Positions 16,659 through 30,998 are shown, counted from the first letter of the stretch. The stretch is DNA of 64,000 bases from Eledone cirrhosa (GCA_964016885.1 OZ024750.1:48298001-48362000), one strand, 5' to 3'. Numbers and translations: made by a program. The notes: a model not told the origin generated them from the letters alone.

Positions 16659-17520
16659 GCCGACTTGGTACGAGTGATGAAGAACGTGTCCCGCATGTGC
16701 GACCCAACAGAAATGGAAAGACGCATCCAACACTTCATCAACCACATTCAGTTCTCTGGCTACAACCAAAGAGACAGAATCAGAGTATACGAAGGAGCCA
16801 GGGAGAAGTATAAGATCCTCATAGTACTGGACATGAAAGGAATTTACCCATTATATAGGAGTAAATCATGGAATAGCTTAGATAGGAGTAGAGATAAGAT
16901 AGGGAAAGCCACCTCATAGTACGACAACCGGAGATGCAAGAGTGACATGTCGTGGCGGCTACGCCTGGGGGGAAATTAGCTAACCAATGTAGAAAGGCCT
17001 TGAGAAAGAGCCACTTAAATATTAAGGTGGTAGAAAAGCCAGGAACTACCATAAAATCCCTAATCAGCAAAACTTACCCTTTTAAGAAAACCCACTGCAC
17101 TAATTTGAAATGTAGTATATGTAATGTAAACCCCCGGATAAACTGTAAAACTAGAAACGTAGTCTATAGCATAAGATGTACAAAGGGTACTTGAAGAAAC
17201 ATGACAACAAAATACATAGGCGAGACAGCTCGTAGCATAGGAGAAAGGATAGACCAACAATGTGGGAAACTAAAAGGACGAAAAAATGGTTCAGTACTAT
17301 ACGAACACGCCTGACAACATCATGACGGTAACATAGACAACATAGAAATTAAAATAATATCTAAACATTGAAATTACCCAGCAGATAGGCAAATCAGAGA
17401 GGCAAGTAAAATAGAACTTAGAAGGCCAAAGCTAAACAGAAAAAATGAATGGAATAACAACAACACCCAAACAAACAATACTGACCTAAGAGAAATATAA
17501 ATGAATAAATAAATAAATAA

Positions 17521-17585
<65 letters not shown>

Positions 17586-18069
17586 AGAACAATAACAACA
17601 AACACATATAAGCACACACGAGTAAACTAAGATAGAATACAATAACCGAAACACAGTCACCCAAACGCGAACACACGCCAAACACTATACACATGCACAA
17701 ACCCCTGCGCAGAGAAGACAAAAATAAATAATTAAACACATTAAATAAAATGGCCTAAATGTACAAAAAAACAGAAGGAACATAATAGCAAACTGACGAT
17801 GTTGCAGATGTGCAACGAAATAACTTCGTTAGACTATATATGTGTGTGTTTATATCTATATTATATCTGTACTTTTGACAGTTGTTCAGTCAATGGTAAA
17901 CATTGAGGACCGAATGAATTAACTAATATAAAAGATACAGATGCGAAAAGCAACCAAACAGTGAGTGCGCTCTGTTATTAATTCTGTTAATATTATTACA
18001 ACAATATGACCCTCCCCAAGTATAACAATATTTGTTTCGACACACGATTTCATATAGAAAACCTCGCAA

Positions 18070-18075
<6 letters not shown>
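16659..18075 (+). mobile_element. 5'-truncated Penelope-like element (family P, non-Naiad): RT C-terminus, GIY-YIG, 3' region with hammerhead
   Basis: LVRVMKNVSR..., CKTRNVVYSIRC...YIGETARS, with stops and frameshifts. Homologous to 55410-56340. Confidence 0.85.
17784..17838 (+). ncRNA. Hammerhead-like motif in family P 3' region
   Basis: CTGACGA-t-gttgca gatg tgcaac-GAAA. Stems I and III are imperfect. A mutated copy lies at ~51232-51280 (minus). Confidence 0.6.
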
Positions 18076-18140
<65 letters not shown>

Positions 18141-18182
18141 AAATATGATAATAATGGGCCTGCGGCGTTGCAAATGGGTTAC

Positions 18183-18527
18183 ATATGAAAATGTAAGTCC
18201 TTCATCAGTGGCCTTCCAACCGTCCTAGGCATTTCATCGCTTTAAAGGCCATATACCTCAGGTTGGTGCGAACAACGGCTAAAAAAAGTCGTTGGGACAC
18301 GTAAATAAAGGGGACGCTAGGGTGAACAAACAAAATATCTGGGACTTGTCTCTTTCTTCTCACTTTCTGTTGCTTAAACCATTTTGTTTGTTCACCCTAG
18401 CGTCCCCTTTATTTACGTGTCCCAACGACTTTTTACTAGCCGTTGTTCGCACCAACCTGAGGTATATGGCCTTTAAAGCGATGAAATGCCTAGGACGGTT
18501 GGAAGGCCACTGATGAAGGACTTACTT

Positions 18528-18534
<7 letters not shown>
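18183..18534. repeat. Long inverted repeat, ~154-bp arms, 44-nt spacer
   Basis: 18183-18336 is the reverse complement of 18381-18534 with very few mismatches. Each outer end carries ctgatga-aggacttac. Confidence 0.95.
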
Positions 18535-18559
<25 letters not shown>

Positions 18560-18828
18560 TCGTGTGTGTGTATATGTGTGTGTATGTGTGGGTACATAGT
18601 CTGGAGTGTCAACAGACGTATGAGATACCGAACCCAGCATGACTCCATTGAAGTGTGTCGGACGGAAACTGTCTGATGACCCGTGTAGAAGTAAATAGTG
18701 ACCAGAACTTAAGATGACAGCCAAGGGCATGACAAGAGTAGAAGAAGTATTTTGAAGGTGTTTTTTTTACGATAACCCCCCAGAAAGAAAATTTGCTCGG
18801 AACGAACTGCCCGTGTCTAGGGGAAACC

Positions 18829-18905
18829 TGCAGCCGTAGAGTCAGCCAGATGCATAGAGTGATCATGTCTCGAGCTACCTGCCGGCGAAACAATTGTAAC
18901 CCGCA
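18829..18905 (+). ncRNA. Hammerhead-like motif with CCGTAGA core
   Basis: CCGTAGA-gtcagc...gccggc-GAAAC-aatt-GTA, followed by AATAAA. Stem I is weak. Confidence 0.5.
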
Positions 18906-19034
18906 ATAAATTGAGTCCAGATGCATCACTGATTTTTCGTTCTTTTATACTATCCACACTCTGCTCTGCATGAATATTGAGTGCTAATTTTGGCATACAA
19001 CCTATGGAAGGACCATAGCTACCATTATACACAA

Positions 19035-19085
<51 letters not shown>

Positions 19086-20279
19086 TAAATAAAATATATA
19101 ATTATATATCTATATATATATATATATATATATGCGCGTGTGTGCGTGTATGTGTGTGTGTCTATGTGTGTTTATATGTGTGTGTATGTGTGTTTATCTG
19201 CGTGTGTATGTATATCTGCGTGTACATCTCTGTCTATCTTGTTAATTATTCGCTGCCATAGCAAGCCTGCTAATCTATCATATACAGCTGAATTTAATTC
19301 ATGAAATGTGGAACATTTAAGAAATGTTTTCGTGTACAAGGCTGCGAGAAAACAAAAAAAAATACGTTCCTGTGTTCTGACGATGGCTTTTGTAACAATA
19401 GATATCTCAAAATATTAGTTGTCTTTAATATTATAATTAAAGTTAATAACACATCGTGTAATTATATATATATATTTTTCGGAATTTGAAATATCCAATT
19501 TCATTAGTGTTAGTTATTGACCATATTCTTGTTGTTATATCTGTTAATCTTTTTGATAAATCTATTTGGTTTTGTAATTCTGTTGATATTCATATAGTTA
19601 TAATGATGCATACTTATAAAATGAACAATATATTGAGTAAGAGAAGCGAAATATTTAAAGAAACACAATTGATTACATTTCCAAATGGCTGTTGTTATTC
19701 TTCTTCTTCTTCTTATTATTATTATCATCATTACTATTGTTATTGTGATTATAACAATACTAATAACAACAAGAACAAGAGCAACAACAACAATGATATT
19801 ATCATTATTATTATTTTTATTCAATCCCTCATCAACTTCTTCAAGTTTCACCTGGAAAGGAGGGTGAGGGTGGAGAGAGAGGTGCTGCCCCCAGTACATT
19901 TGCTAAAAGGTGGGTGAATGTGGCGAGAATGGCTGGTGTGAATGGGCCTACTCTGACCATGCGCCTATAGGCTGGCTAACTTGAGGAGAGGGGTGCTCTC
20001 CTGGGTGCCCTAGAAGCGCAGGGTGTTTCAGGATTGGTGGGGTACCTGAAGCACCCCAGGGTCGTACACCCCCTATCGGGGAATTTATTTTGTTATATTT
20101 ATGCATAGTTTATTTTATATTTTTATATTTTCATTGTTAAATTAGTCTTGCCATTGTGTACTTTTACTCGACCTTATTGTAAATACCCACTGTCCCTGTC
20201 TTTGTATTGTCCCCTACATGTCGGCCCTTGTGGCTAATAAATGAAATCATTATTATTAAGATTATTATTAAGATTAGGT

Positions 20280-20386
20280 TTACTTTACGCCGAGGTTTAC
20301 TTTGCCTTTCATCCTTACGGGGTCGATCAAATAAAGTACCAGTAATGCACTGGGTAATTGCTGGCATTGTACTTAAAGTAGAAACA
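20280..20386 (+). mobile_element. tRNA-SINE 3' fragment
   Basis: cgccgagg...ctttcatccttacggggtcgatcaaataaagtaccag. Confidence 0.8.
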
Positions 20387-20492
20387 CTTATTATTATTAT
20401 TATTATTATTGATATTGGGGTTGTATTGATCTTGGTGATAATTGTATTGTAAATGTATCTTTGTTTACTTTCACTTCATCCTTGTTGTCATA

Positions 20493-20527
<35 letters not shown>

Positions 20528-20773
20528 GTTTATGTTGGTTGTATACCAACACCTCAGTATGCAGGTGGGAGCACTCGACGAGGTGCGCAGGTTGGTTGGT
20601 TACTCCGGAGTAGTGTAAAATAAAGTTAAATAAAAGTCAAATGATTAACATTTAGCATATGACTCCAGTTCCTCAGTTAATTAACAACCAAACAAGGAAT
20701 TGGGCATATCAGAGTATTGACAATATTATTCACCTAAACAACATATGTACTTGTCTATACCATACTAATTCAA

Positions 20774-20828
20774 ACTGCCTGAAGACGTCACAGCCAAAGA
20801 TGGCTGTCACTGAAACATATATAGCAGT
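20774..20828 (+). ncRNA. Type I hammerhead-like motif within a short element that has ~40-bp inverted repeats (~20618-20656 / ~20838-20878)
   Basis: actgc-CTGAAGA-c gtcacagcca aaga tggctgtcac t-GAAAC-atat-ATA-gcagt-AATAAA. Confidence 0.65.
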
Positions 20829-20873
20829 AATAAACGAAGCTATATTTTAATCATTTGACTTTTATTTAACTTT

Positions 20874-20925
<52 letters not shown>

Positions 20926-22659
20926 CAATATTGTTCATACTACTTGTTTACAGCAATACAAATTTATATTGAACATTATATTTCACCAATTATAAGAAAG
21001 AAAAAAAGAAATATGACATTAATCTAAGAATACATTTGTCGGTATCATCCAAACCTCTTTAATAATTTAACTTCTAGTTCTTATCTCTGATTATCTATTT
21101 TCAAAGAAAACCACGAATCATAATAATAAAACTGTAAATTCTTATTTTATGTCATCAAAGCTTTTGTCCTCTTCATTGTTTTCTGATCAAAAAATACTCA
21201 ATCAGACTCTCTATAATCTAAAACGGTAAAGCTACCTGTTTATATGTTAATTAACTTCTTATTTTTGCTCAATAATTTTGATTCAAAACTATTCAAAATT
21301 CAACATTATATGTGTGTAAGCTAATTAAAACTTAGTGATATTCACAAACTTTTCCACCATTGTCATCTCCTCCAAATAACGTTTTACAAAGAGTTTTTCG
21401 TTCGTTTAAAACCTAAAGATATGTTAATATCCCTCTCAGTTATAATTTCTTTTATGTTCAGCAATCTGTGTCTTAAAATCAATATATTTCATTCTAGTCT
21501 TTTGACAAAAACAAGCAATTATAATCTCCGTTGTTTATTGTATTTTTTATTTAAGTATTTATCCGTATTCAGTAGTTTTACCTACCGTACTACTAGATTG
21601 GACTGTTTTTTAACTGTTTTGATTTCATTGGAATCTAAAAATAACACTGTATATACTAGACAATAGGAGTGGCGGTGTTGATGTGCTTGTTCAATACAAA
21701 CACAAACACTATGCGATTAACTTATTTCTAATAAAGACGTAACTAAACATAGATGTATATGGTTAGGAATGTGTTTGTGAGAAAGGACTGCCAGGAAGAG
21801 AAGGAAATAGTTTCAATCATCATCGATCTTTAATATGTGTACACTTTAGTTCAAACGGGTTTCGATAGAGAAATATAATAAGAAAATTATGAGTAGGAGA
21901 AACAAAGAACAAGTGAAAATAGAAAAGAAGACAACGAAAAATAAGTCATAGCATGATGTGGAGGGGATAGAGAAAGAGGTAGAATAATAAACGACATAAT
22001 AGAGTAGACACAAAATGGCGATAGGTAGGATATGTCATTTATTTGATAAATCTATTTAGCTTAGTTACGAATGATATTTAGGAAAATATTAACAGCAAAA
22101 ACATCGGAAACTGAACATCGTCAAGCATTATCTAGTGAACATATAGTTTAAACACTTGAAATCAACGTTTGTTCTTGGTAACATAATATTGTTTTATCTA
22201 TTTGATATTTGACAGAAGCATAGACGTTATAATAGAGGTTGTTCTTTATAGGTAACAATTATACCTTTTAATAGTGGCATTCTTAAATAATACAAACTAC
22301 TTATTACAATACATTTCCTGTGTTTTATCTAAATATTGGTAACGAAGATGTTTTCAACACTATTTGTTCAATTATGCCTCAAGCGAGGTGAGAGAGAGTA
22401 CATAATTAATAGACTGTTGTAAATATCTTCTAAACATTCATTTCATCATTTGCATAGATGATATACGTAGCAAATGGTGGCATTAGAAGTTTTAATCCAG
22501 CAGCTTAAGAGACAAAGATTACTGTTTTAGCGTCTATTCAGATCTCTCAATTTAGAGAATTAGCCGCTCAACCTTCAGTGACTCTCTGATCACCGAGCAA
22601 CGCACTGTTTGGAGTAAAGTTACACTAAAGACCTTTCGGAGGAACCCCTTTCGACCGCA

Positions 22660-24330
22660 CGTATTTCGCGATCATAATATTTCGGACATTACCCCAGATT
22701 CCTACTATAAGTAAGGTTTGGCACAAGTACTAAATTGAATATATTAAGTCTGGGTTTGATCCCCACCTCCCTTCTTCTAATTTATGAATGCTGAAGCTGC
22801 CGCATCACTGCATCAGCTCCTGCAATTCTTAAATTCATTTCAGGCTCTTGCCTTCCAACACATATCAACATAGCTCCGAGATACTTGAACATCTCTACCT
22901 GCTTCAGTGGAACTCCATTTACATGTATAGTTCATTGCGCAGAATTCCTTGAGAGGACAAGCATCTCAGTGTTCGTAGGACTGACTTTCACTCCTATAAA
23001 GTGTAAGTCGGAGATCACCTTCTGTTGATTTAGGTAACACCATGTCGTCTGCATATTCCAGTCGACTGATTTTACACCCGCCAGTCATGACACCACACCC
23101 AAACCGGCTGCTCATGTCAAATCCGTAAACAATGAATAGAAGAGGGGAGAGTACGCACCCTTGGGGGAGTCCAAATCTCACATTGAATGGTTTCTATTTA
23201 GCACCATGTATTTGAACACAAATACTTTGGCATTTATACAGAAACATAAGGGCAGAAATGAACTGACTATCAATCCCATAGTCCTCCTGATCCTTGCACA
23301 GCAGGTCCCGAGCAACGCGGTCGTATTTCTTTTGAAGGTCGAAGAAACAAGAATATATATTATGGCAATGTTCCAACGATTTCTCGAAGACCTAGCTTGT
23401 ACTTGACAATCTCCCTGCATCTCTTTGACATACGCTTAGCATTGAACGTACCAGGGAGGATTAACAAGGAGAACCCACTGTAATTGGAACGATCTCTCTT
23501 GTCTCTGTTTTTGAAAATTGTTATCATCACTCCCAATTGCCATTGCTTATCTGCCTTTACAGAGATCTAGGCCACTCGGATTTCATGTTCCCCAGTGACA
23601 TTGTAACTTTTAAGCTGTTGTGAACTCAGCCTCTGAAAGATTAGTCACCACTCCCGGAGGCACCTTGCTGTTGTGGTCGGCTTTAGGAGATCACCAAAGT
23701 ATTATCTTTAACACGCGAGGATGCAGCTCTCCGAAGATAGGAGTACTCCAGACGCGTTCTTAATAGCAGTTGTGGAGTAGGGCTTCTTATTACGAAATTG
23801 GTGGATGGCCTGTCAGGACAATTTATTTGCTGATCTTTAGTCCTCCCATGTCTCTGCTGCGATTCTTCGTGCCTGCTTGTACCGCAAGTGCCAAGATTGT
23901 GCTTATTTCCAAGCAAATCTGTGTAAGCTTACTTCTTTGCTCGGGTGGCATCTTTCACCTCTTGATTGAACCTCGGGATCCTCCTACCATTCGGCGCCAC
24001 ACAAAGTCACTTTCCCTCGCAGCATTTAATTGCTGAATAAGAGACTGCCGCGCTGAACAATCTACACACTGTCTCAATGTTCTCAATTTGCCAAGGGAGT
24101 TCTCTGAATGTGGATGCTACAGTATCTGCATACATAGTTCTGACCTCCTGATCCAGAAAGCCTCCCAGTTTAGGTCGCCTTGCCAGTTTTGTGAGGTCAC
24201 ATAAAATAGTATTGTATTGCCTTGCTTCTTACTGCTCTGGATATCACTTTAGCTGTCGTCAGACACTGTGGCTCCGGGTGAACATACAGTACCGTTTGTT
24301 GTGGTCGAAACTGCCAAAGTTCATTTCAAC
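22660..24330 (-). mobile_element. Decayed RTE-type LINE ORF2 fragment
   Basis: FFDLQKKYDRV, GLPQGCVLSPLLF, LEYADDMVL and QVEMFKYLG motifs, disrupted. Confidence 0.85.
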
Positions 24331-25149
24331 GGCCGATGACCCTGGATTTCTGTATCTATCGTATGTATTTTTATTTTTTAAATACCATTTCTTTAATGCC
24401 CTCCTTTTGTTTTGTTCTTGTTGGATTGTTTTCGTTCGTTTTCTTGTCCTCTCTTCCTTAATATTCTCGTTATTAATCTGTGACGAATGTTTTATCTTTT
24501 CCCCCACATTTTCAATTAGTTTTTTAATACTTTTTTCCTTTGATTTATTGAAGAGACTTTCGTACCAAAAAACCACACCCTCTCCCTCACGTCACATAAC
24601 ATTATATGCGTATTTTTTATAGATTCATATTTTGTCTTTCCTCTTACTCCATTGCATAGCGTTTGGCGTGTTTCAGACGCTGTGAGACCGGGGAAACAAG
24701 CAATATCGTTGGTAGGCGTCAAAGCTACTAAGAGCCATCTCAAAACCGTATGACACAGATGTTTTCTGTCTTTCGTTTGTATTTTTATTTCATTTTAATA
24801 ATTCCTAAAATAATTGTTTATCCTTTTACCCTGATTTCGTTTGTTGTCTTGTCATCTCTTTGTTAATTTTCTTTGAAACTCTGCTAGGTTATTGTTCGCT
24901 GCAATAAGGCATATTACAATTACGTATTATACTTTTAAATACATACATACATATAAGTATGCATATCAGTCATCGGACAAGCTTGTATTTTCTATCAAAT
25001 GTCTAATGTATCTAATGACTTAATTTGTTTTAAGCCATTACAGATTCGAGAAAACAGCTTTCATATGTTTTATTCCACATCCATTGGTAACAACGTGGGT
25101 GTTCGTGAAAGAATATTCATTTCATGCCAAATATAAAACATGAGCTAAC

Positions 25150-25485
25150 ATCGTTGATAGTTTATAGGTATAGAGAAATTTTTTAATGGAATATATCAAG
25201 TAAATACAGTTCAATACAGACAGAAAAGAAAGACAATTTAGATTGAGAAGAAAGAATGGTATGTGATATAAGAAAATATAAAGAAAAATATGTAAAACGG
25301 GAAGAGGACGGAATGGAAAGCGCTCTAGTGACATAAATGAATGGGGACGGAGGGGTGGGGGTGAAGGATGATTCAGCTCAGGGCCTAGGGTGTGGCGGTA
25401 AAGGGACTGCGCCCTGCGGACAAAGCCGCAAAAAGCATTTCCGCGGACTATGGCCAGCGACCTCCGCTGCAACAGCCACGCCACC
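25150..25485 (-). mobile_element. 3' tip of a CRE/RLE-type non-LTR element
   Basis: WLLQRRSLAIVRGNA resembles the C-terminal QRxSxAxxRGNA motif, followed by a pyrimidine-rich UTR. Confidence 0.5.
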
Positions 25486-27614
25486 TGAAATTCGTGTAAA
25501 ATGTTGATGAAATTTCCTGACGTAATAAAATAATGCTAGCTGAGCCTCAATCACTCACTGTTATCCTTAATACTGTTTAGCCACTTTTCAGCCCAGTTAG
25601 ATGGTCATTTCCGATCGGATTTTTTTTTTGTTCCGTCTAATTCGTGAAATACAGAGGGTTTTTTTATCTGTTTCTAGCAGAGTGAACAACTGCATAGAGC
25701 ACCTTCTGTTCACCCAATATTTACATGCCACACATGATATAATAAGGACAACTATAGAATGAAGTTTAAGTGGTGAATATACTAAACACTTTAAATTGTG
25801 TTCGCACTTTTATTTCTTATACTAACAACCATAATTTGAACTGATACTTCCAGCCCAACATGGTGGATGTATGGTGATCATATTTATCTGAAATCATTAC
25901 GTCATAATTTTATCTAATAACATAACTTTTTCCCAAATTGCACTTAAATAATAAGTTAGTTATATTACTATATCCTTCCCAAAGCTTTAATTGTAAAATT
26001 ATTTGAAAATCTTCAACAATTCATTTCATTAGAATTATGGCACAAATATTGTTAATGCATGTCACATTACACAACCTACTAATGTGAATGTTTCTATCTC
26101 TCAAATGCCCTTCCCGCAAATATGGGATATATTACTATTATAGAGAAATCTCATTTATATTTGCCATTAGACTATTCATAATTACATAACAGTAGCATTG
26201 TTGTTTATGCTCAAATGAGAAATCAATACATTTCGTGTACGGCGTAAAACATGAAATATGGAATAGAATTCTATTCCTTTTAAGTAAAGTTACCAAGTCC
26301 GAGATTCTATATCAGAGACATATATATATAACATACACACTTGTAATCCACTAAACGCCAAATTCAAAATATTACTAATTCAAAAATTGTTTTTCTTCTT
26401 AATTAAAATCCTTATTAGTCCAAATCTCCCTACGGTTATTCGGATTGTAAATCTAATATTATATCCCATTATTGAACTTCATCTAATGGAATAAGTTATA
26501 TCCAGCTAAACCAAATATATGTGAAACGTATTGTTATGAGCCGCGTAACAATAGCTCGAAATGAAGGAATTAGAGTTGTGTGAAATTTGTATTTTCCTCA
26601 AGAATTCCAGCTGAAATTACAGTGCTTCAACTACCACTTGAATTTAATTTAAAATCTCGTTTGTCTGGAAAATTGCTACTTGCTCTATTAACACTTCGAA
26701 CAGTAAATTGTTATAACTATATTAAATGAGAATTAATTCATATTTATAGATTGTTTGGTAATGAGCGCCATGAGTTGAAATGGAAGGTACTTGTGATGTG
26801 AGTTTGTAATGCAGTTTTCATAATACTTTAGAGCAAATTGGTTTAACATTTTCTCACATAACGGGCGAAGGCAATTCCCGTAATTAAGAAATTCCCTTCG
26901 CATCTCAAACGTTTAAAGTTCAATGTCACTGTGCATGTGTATTCAAGCAATGAGTGGGATCGGGCAAGTTTTTTGGTGGAAAATATCGTAGCTGGTAACT
27001 TCAATGAAGTATGTCAAAAGAAAGTGCCACTGTTTATGGGAGGTAACTTCAATCTCTCTCTTGGGTGAATTTGATATCGTATATTTTGTTGAACGCACGC
27101 GGAAAATGTATCCTGTCTGAGGAAGTATATTGTTTCTCTTCCTTCAAGTTAAGGACATTGCGATAACGAGCTAATATCTGTTTTCTTAAGATTAATCTCT
27201 TAAAACTCAAACAATTCTCAATACTTTATCCAAAGTTCAGGTTAATCGCATAGCTAATGAAAGGTGAATGAGCATTCCATAGCCACGTGAACACGTGACA
27301 TAGTTTTTAATGAGATTGAGCATCATATTTTTATGACATGACCGGCTCATTAAACCACAGGTATATTGATTTTGATGGGTTTCGAAACAAATTGCCTCAA
27401 CGGAAGGAGAATCACGAGGCAATAGTCGAGTCGAAGATATAGTAAATGAGAAATGCTCAAACCATCGACTGGGAGCCAACGACATGCATAATGATTCCGA
27501 AGTGAATCGAACATACTTCACCCACAGTAGAATAATGGTTTCTGATTTAAGGAAAAGGACAATAATTTTAGGAAAAGGGAAAGTAGTTTGACTTGATCCC
27601 ATTGCATTGCTATT

Positions 27615-27710
27615 ACTTTATGTTATCGACCGCGTAAGGATGAAAGGCAAAGCTAACCTCGGCTGGATGTGAAATATGAACGTAAAGGGCCAATCACTAT
27701 GCCTCTAACG
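27615..27710 (-). mobile_element. tRNA-SINE fragment
   Basis: Plus strand tcgaccgcgtaaggatgaaaggcaaagctaacctcggc is the reverse complement of the SINE body. Confidence 0.7.
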
Positions 27711-27771
27711 AATGTTATCTATCGCCCTTCCACGGTGGGATAACATTACCCGAGCAGAGTCTATAAAAAAC

Positions 27772-27905
27772 AGTCAACTAACCAATCATATGCTTCGTTT
27801 CATCTCTGACATTAGTCAACTAACCAATCGTATGCTTCGTTTCATCTCTGACATTAGTCAACGAACCAATGGTATGCTTCGTTTAATCTCATTAATGACA
27901 TTAGT
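27772..27905. repeat. 42-bp minisatellite, about 3 copies
   Basis: agtcaactaaccaatcatatgcttcgtttcatctctgacatt starts at 27772, 27814 and 27856. Confidence 0.9.
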
Positions 27906-28479
27906 AGACAATTATTTTATAATACCAGTAATTATATCTCACATATTGATGGCAATTACATTTTCATGGATCTATGGGTAAAAGTAATCGACGCAGCCTT
28001 GTTGTTTTCGGTCCAATGTGTGTTTGTGTGTAGGAGGGAATATAGCAGCGACAGAAGAAGACAAGAGAATATAGTTACAATGTAAGCTACGAATTAATCA
28101 AAATGTAACGAACATATGCCACAAAACATAGAGAATTTGCGGGACAATGGAAATATTTCCAGCGAATAGCCGAATAGTAAGTTATGGGGGATCTGTCATG
28201 TCGCGTTAAACTCTCTATGAAAGTAATAAGAAAAGGTTTAGGAATGATAGCAAGTTGGAGAGTACATGTAGTCTATATAGCTATATGCTTGATTCACACA
28301 CACACGCACATACACGCACACACTTGCACCGCCCCCATACATATATATGCATTTGTTATGGACGACTGAGAATGATGGTGGCGGTCCGCAAGGTTCAAGG
28401 AAATGAAATATAAGCAAAACTATATTATTTCAAAAATGTTTAGAAATATATTCGTCAGTGAATAACAATAATATTATAA

Positions 28480-28665
28480 TTGTTTCTACTTCTGGCACAA
28501 GGCCTGCAATTATACAGTGTATTACTGGTACTTTATGTTTTCGACCCGGGAAGGATGAAAGGCAAAGTAGACCTCGGCGGGATTTGAACTCAGATCATAA
28601 AGGGCCGTAAATCTTTGCTGCAGATCATGGCGTCAGACCCTCTACCGATACTTCCAATCCACCAC
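28480..28665 (-). mobile_element. tRNA-derived SINE
   Basis: Reverse complement of the 6167-6350 unit. Confidence 0.85.
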
Positions 28666-29572
28666 ATTATTAACATTAGGTTTAATTAAAAGTAAACAGC
28701 CTCGGAAAACGCCACACGGTAGATGAACGCCTTCAGCCTTTTTTTCCAGCGGTAGCTGAGAGAAAATAGTTGACAATTGCTTCAGAGTGTGTAGCTCGTT
28801 GTCAACATTGTGTTTTCTGCTCGTTAGCTCAACAAGTAACTATGTTGTTTTAAAGACGGAAACATTTAAATCTCCCTAATTCAATGTAAACTAAAGCGCT
28901 TAACTATAGAGCTTGATTTCAAAAAAAAAGGCCTGTCTTTAGCAAAAATAGAGCAACGGTGACATTTGAATATACTTCATACTTTTTGACAATTATTTAT
29001 TAACAATTTATATTCCTGATACGAGACTAATATTTCCATATTAATGTTACAATTATGCATCAGATTATGTTAAATGTGTTTTGTAATTAATTATAGAATC
29101 ATTTATCGGATTTAATATTTTAGAGATGTCGTTTTAATATTTATTATCAGTAGTGTTTATGGAAATATTTCTCAGCAAAACATGAGTTATTTTATTATTT
29201 AACGTTATTCAATGATCTAATTATATAAACATACTAACTTATTTCATTAAATATACATATAATGGAGTTGTGTAGAAATAAAAGGAAAACAAAATATTTA
29301 AAATTCAACAAATCGCAAAATTAAACCAAATTTGTTTCAAGAACTTAATTATATTTCGAATTTCTAAATAACGAATATAATAGATATATAGTGCTTTCAG
29401 CTGTTTGAACGTGACGAAACAAGAAGCATAGATATACTAATAAACGGCAAGCTACAGACACTGGGTCACACATAAAAGCACACAAACAAAGACATTAACA
29501 CTCGCGCCCACATACACACACAAATGTATATTTATATATACATAAATATATATGTATATATACAGACACACG

Positions 29573-29604
<32 letters not shown>

Positions 29605-29651
29605 CATATATATATACATACATATGTATATATACATATATATTTACATAC

Positions 29652-29740
<89 letters not shown>

Positions 29741-29793
29741 TATACATACATATATATAAACATACATATATATATATATATATATACATAAAC

Positions 29794-29825
<32 letters not shown>

Positions 29826-29863
29826 CTCTATATATATATATACATACATACATATATACATAA

Positions 29864-29902
<39 letters not shown>

Positions 29903-29919
29903 CATACATATATATATAC

Positions 29920-29988
<69 letters not shown>

Positions 29989-30004
29989 CATATATATACG
30001 TACA

Positions 30005-30044
<40 letters not shown>

Positions 30045-30059
30045 CATATATATATATAG

Positions 30060-30102
<43 letters not shown>

Positions 30103-30121
30103 GATACATATATATAGATAC

Positions 30122-30157
<36 letters not shown>

Positions 30158-30158
<1 letters not shown>

Positions 30159-30512
30159 CGATATTAAATAAATGGAAACTATATTTATAAAACCATATTT
30201 ATTTCATTATATATATTTCAGGGATATCATATTAAAAATATGTTATGCCTTCTTCAGACAAAATACAATATAAACAGTCTTATAAATAGATAGATTCGAC
30301 ATACCTTTCAACTTCGACTTCTATTTGAAAAGAAGTCGAAATCAAATAGAAGTCGAAGTTGAAAGGTATGTCGAATCTATCTATTTATAAGACTGTTTAT
30401 ATTGTATTTTGTCTGAAGAAGGCATAACATATTTTTAATATGATATCCCTGAAATATATATAATGAAATAAATATGGTTTTATAAATATAGTTTCCATTT
30501 ATTTAATATCGT
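30158..30512. repeat. Long inverted repeat, ~171-bp arms, 13-nt spacer, one hammerhead per arm
   Basis: 30158-30328 is the reverse complement of 30342-30512. Confidence 0.95.
30405..30470 (+). ncRNA. Type I hammerhead-like motif (mirror copy ~30200-30264, minus)
   Basis: tattttgt-CTGAAGA-agg...cct-GAAAT-atat-ATA-atgaaata. Confidence 0.6.
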
Positions 30513-30671
30513 AAATATACTCCAAATACTTGTTGAGTGCTTTTATATCAGTTATAAATATTTACTCGTTGTTAACCCAACAATTTAAATAAAACTTTGC
30601 ATATATATATATGTATGTATATATATAGATACATATATATAGTACATATATATACATATATATATATATAC

Positions 30672-30776
<105 letters not shown>

Positions 30777-30811
30777 CATATATATATATACATGCATATG
30801 TATATACATAC

Positions 30812-30850
<39 letters not shown>

Positions 30851-30998
30851 CGCTCATATATATATATACATATACATATACATATACATATTCTGTAGTT
30901 ACAGGTTCGTAATTAAAAAATTGTGCGAGCGATTAATCTGTGATAATTATTTGGAATAAATTCAAAGTATTTATGCCGTATTTATAATAATTAAATAT

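Noticed and set aside
27772-27905. CRISPR-like array
   Set aside because: The 42-bp units are contiguous with no unique spacers, in a eukaryotic context.
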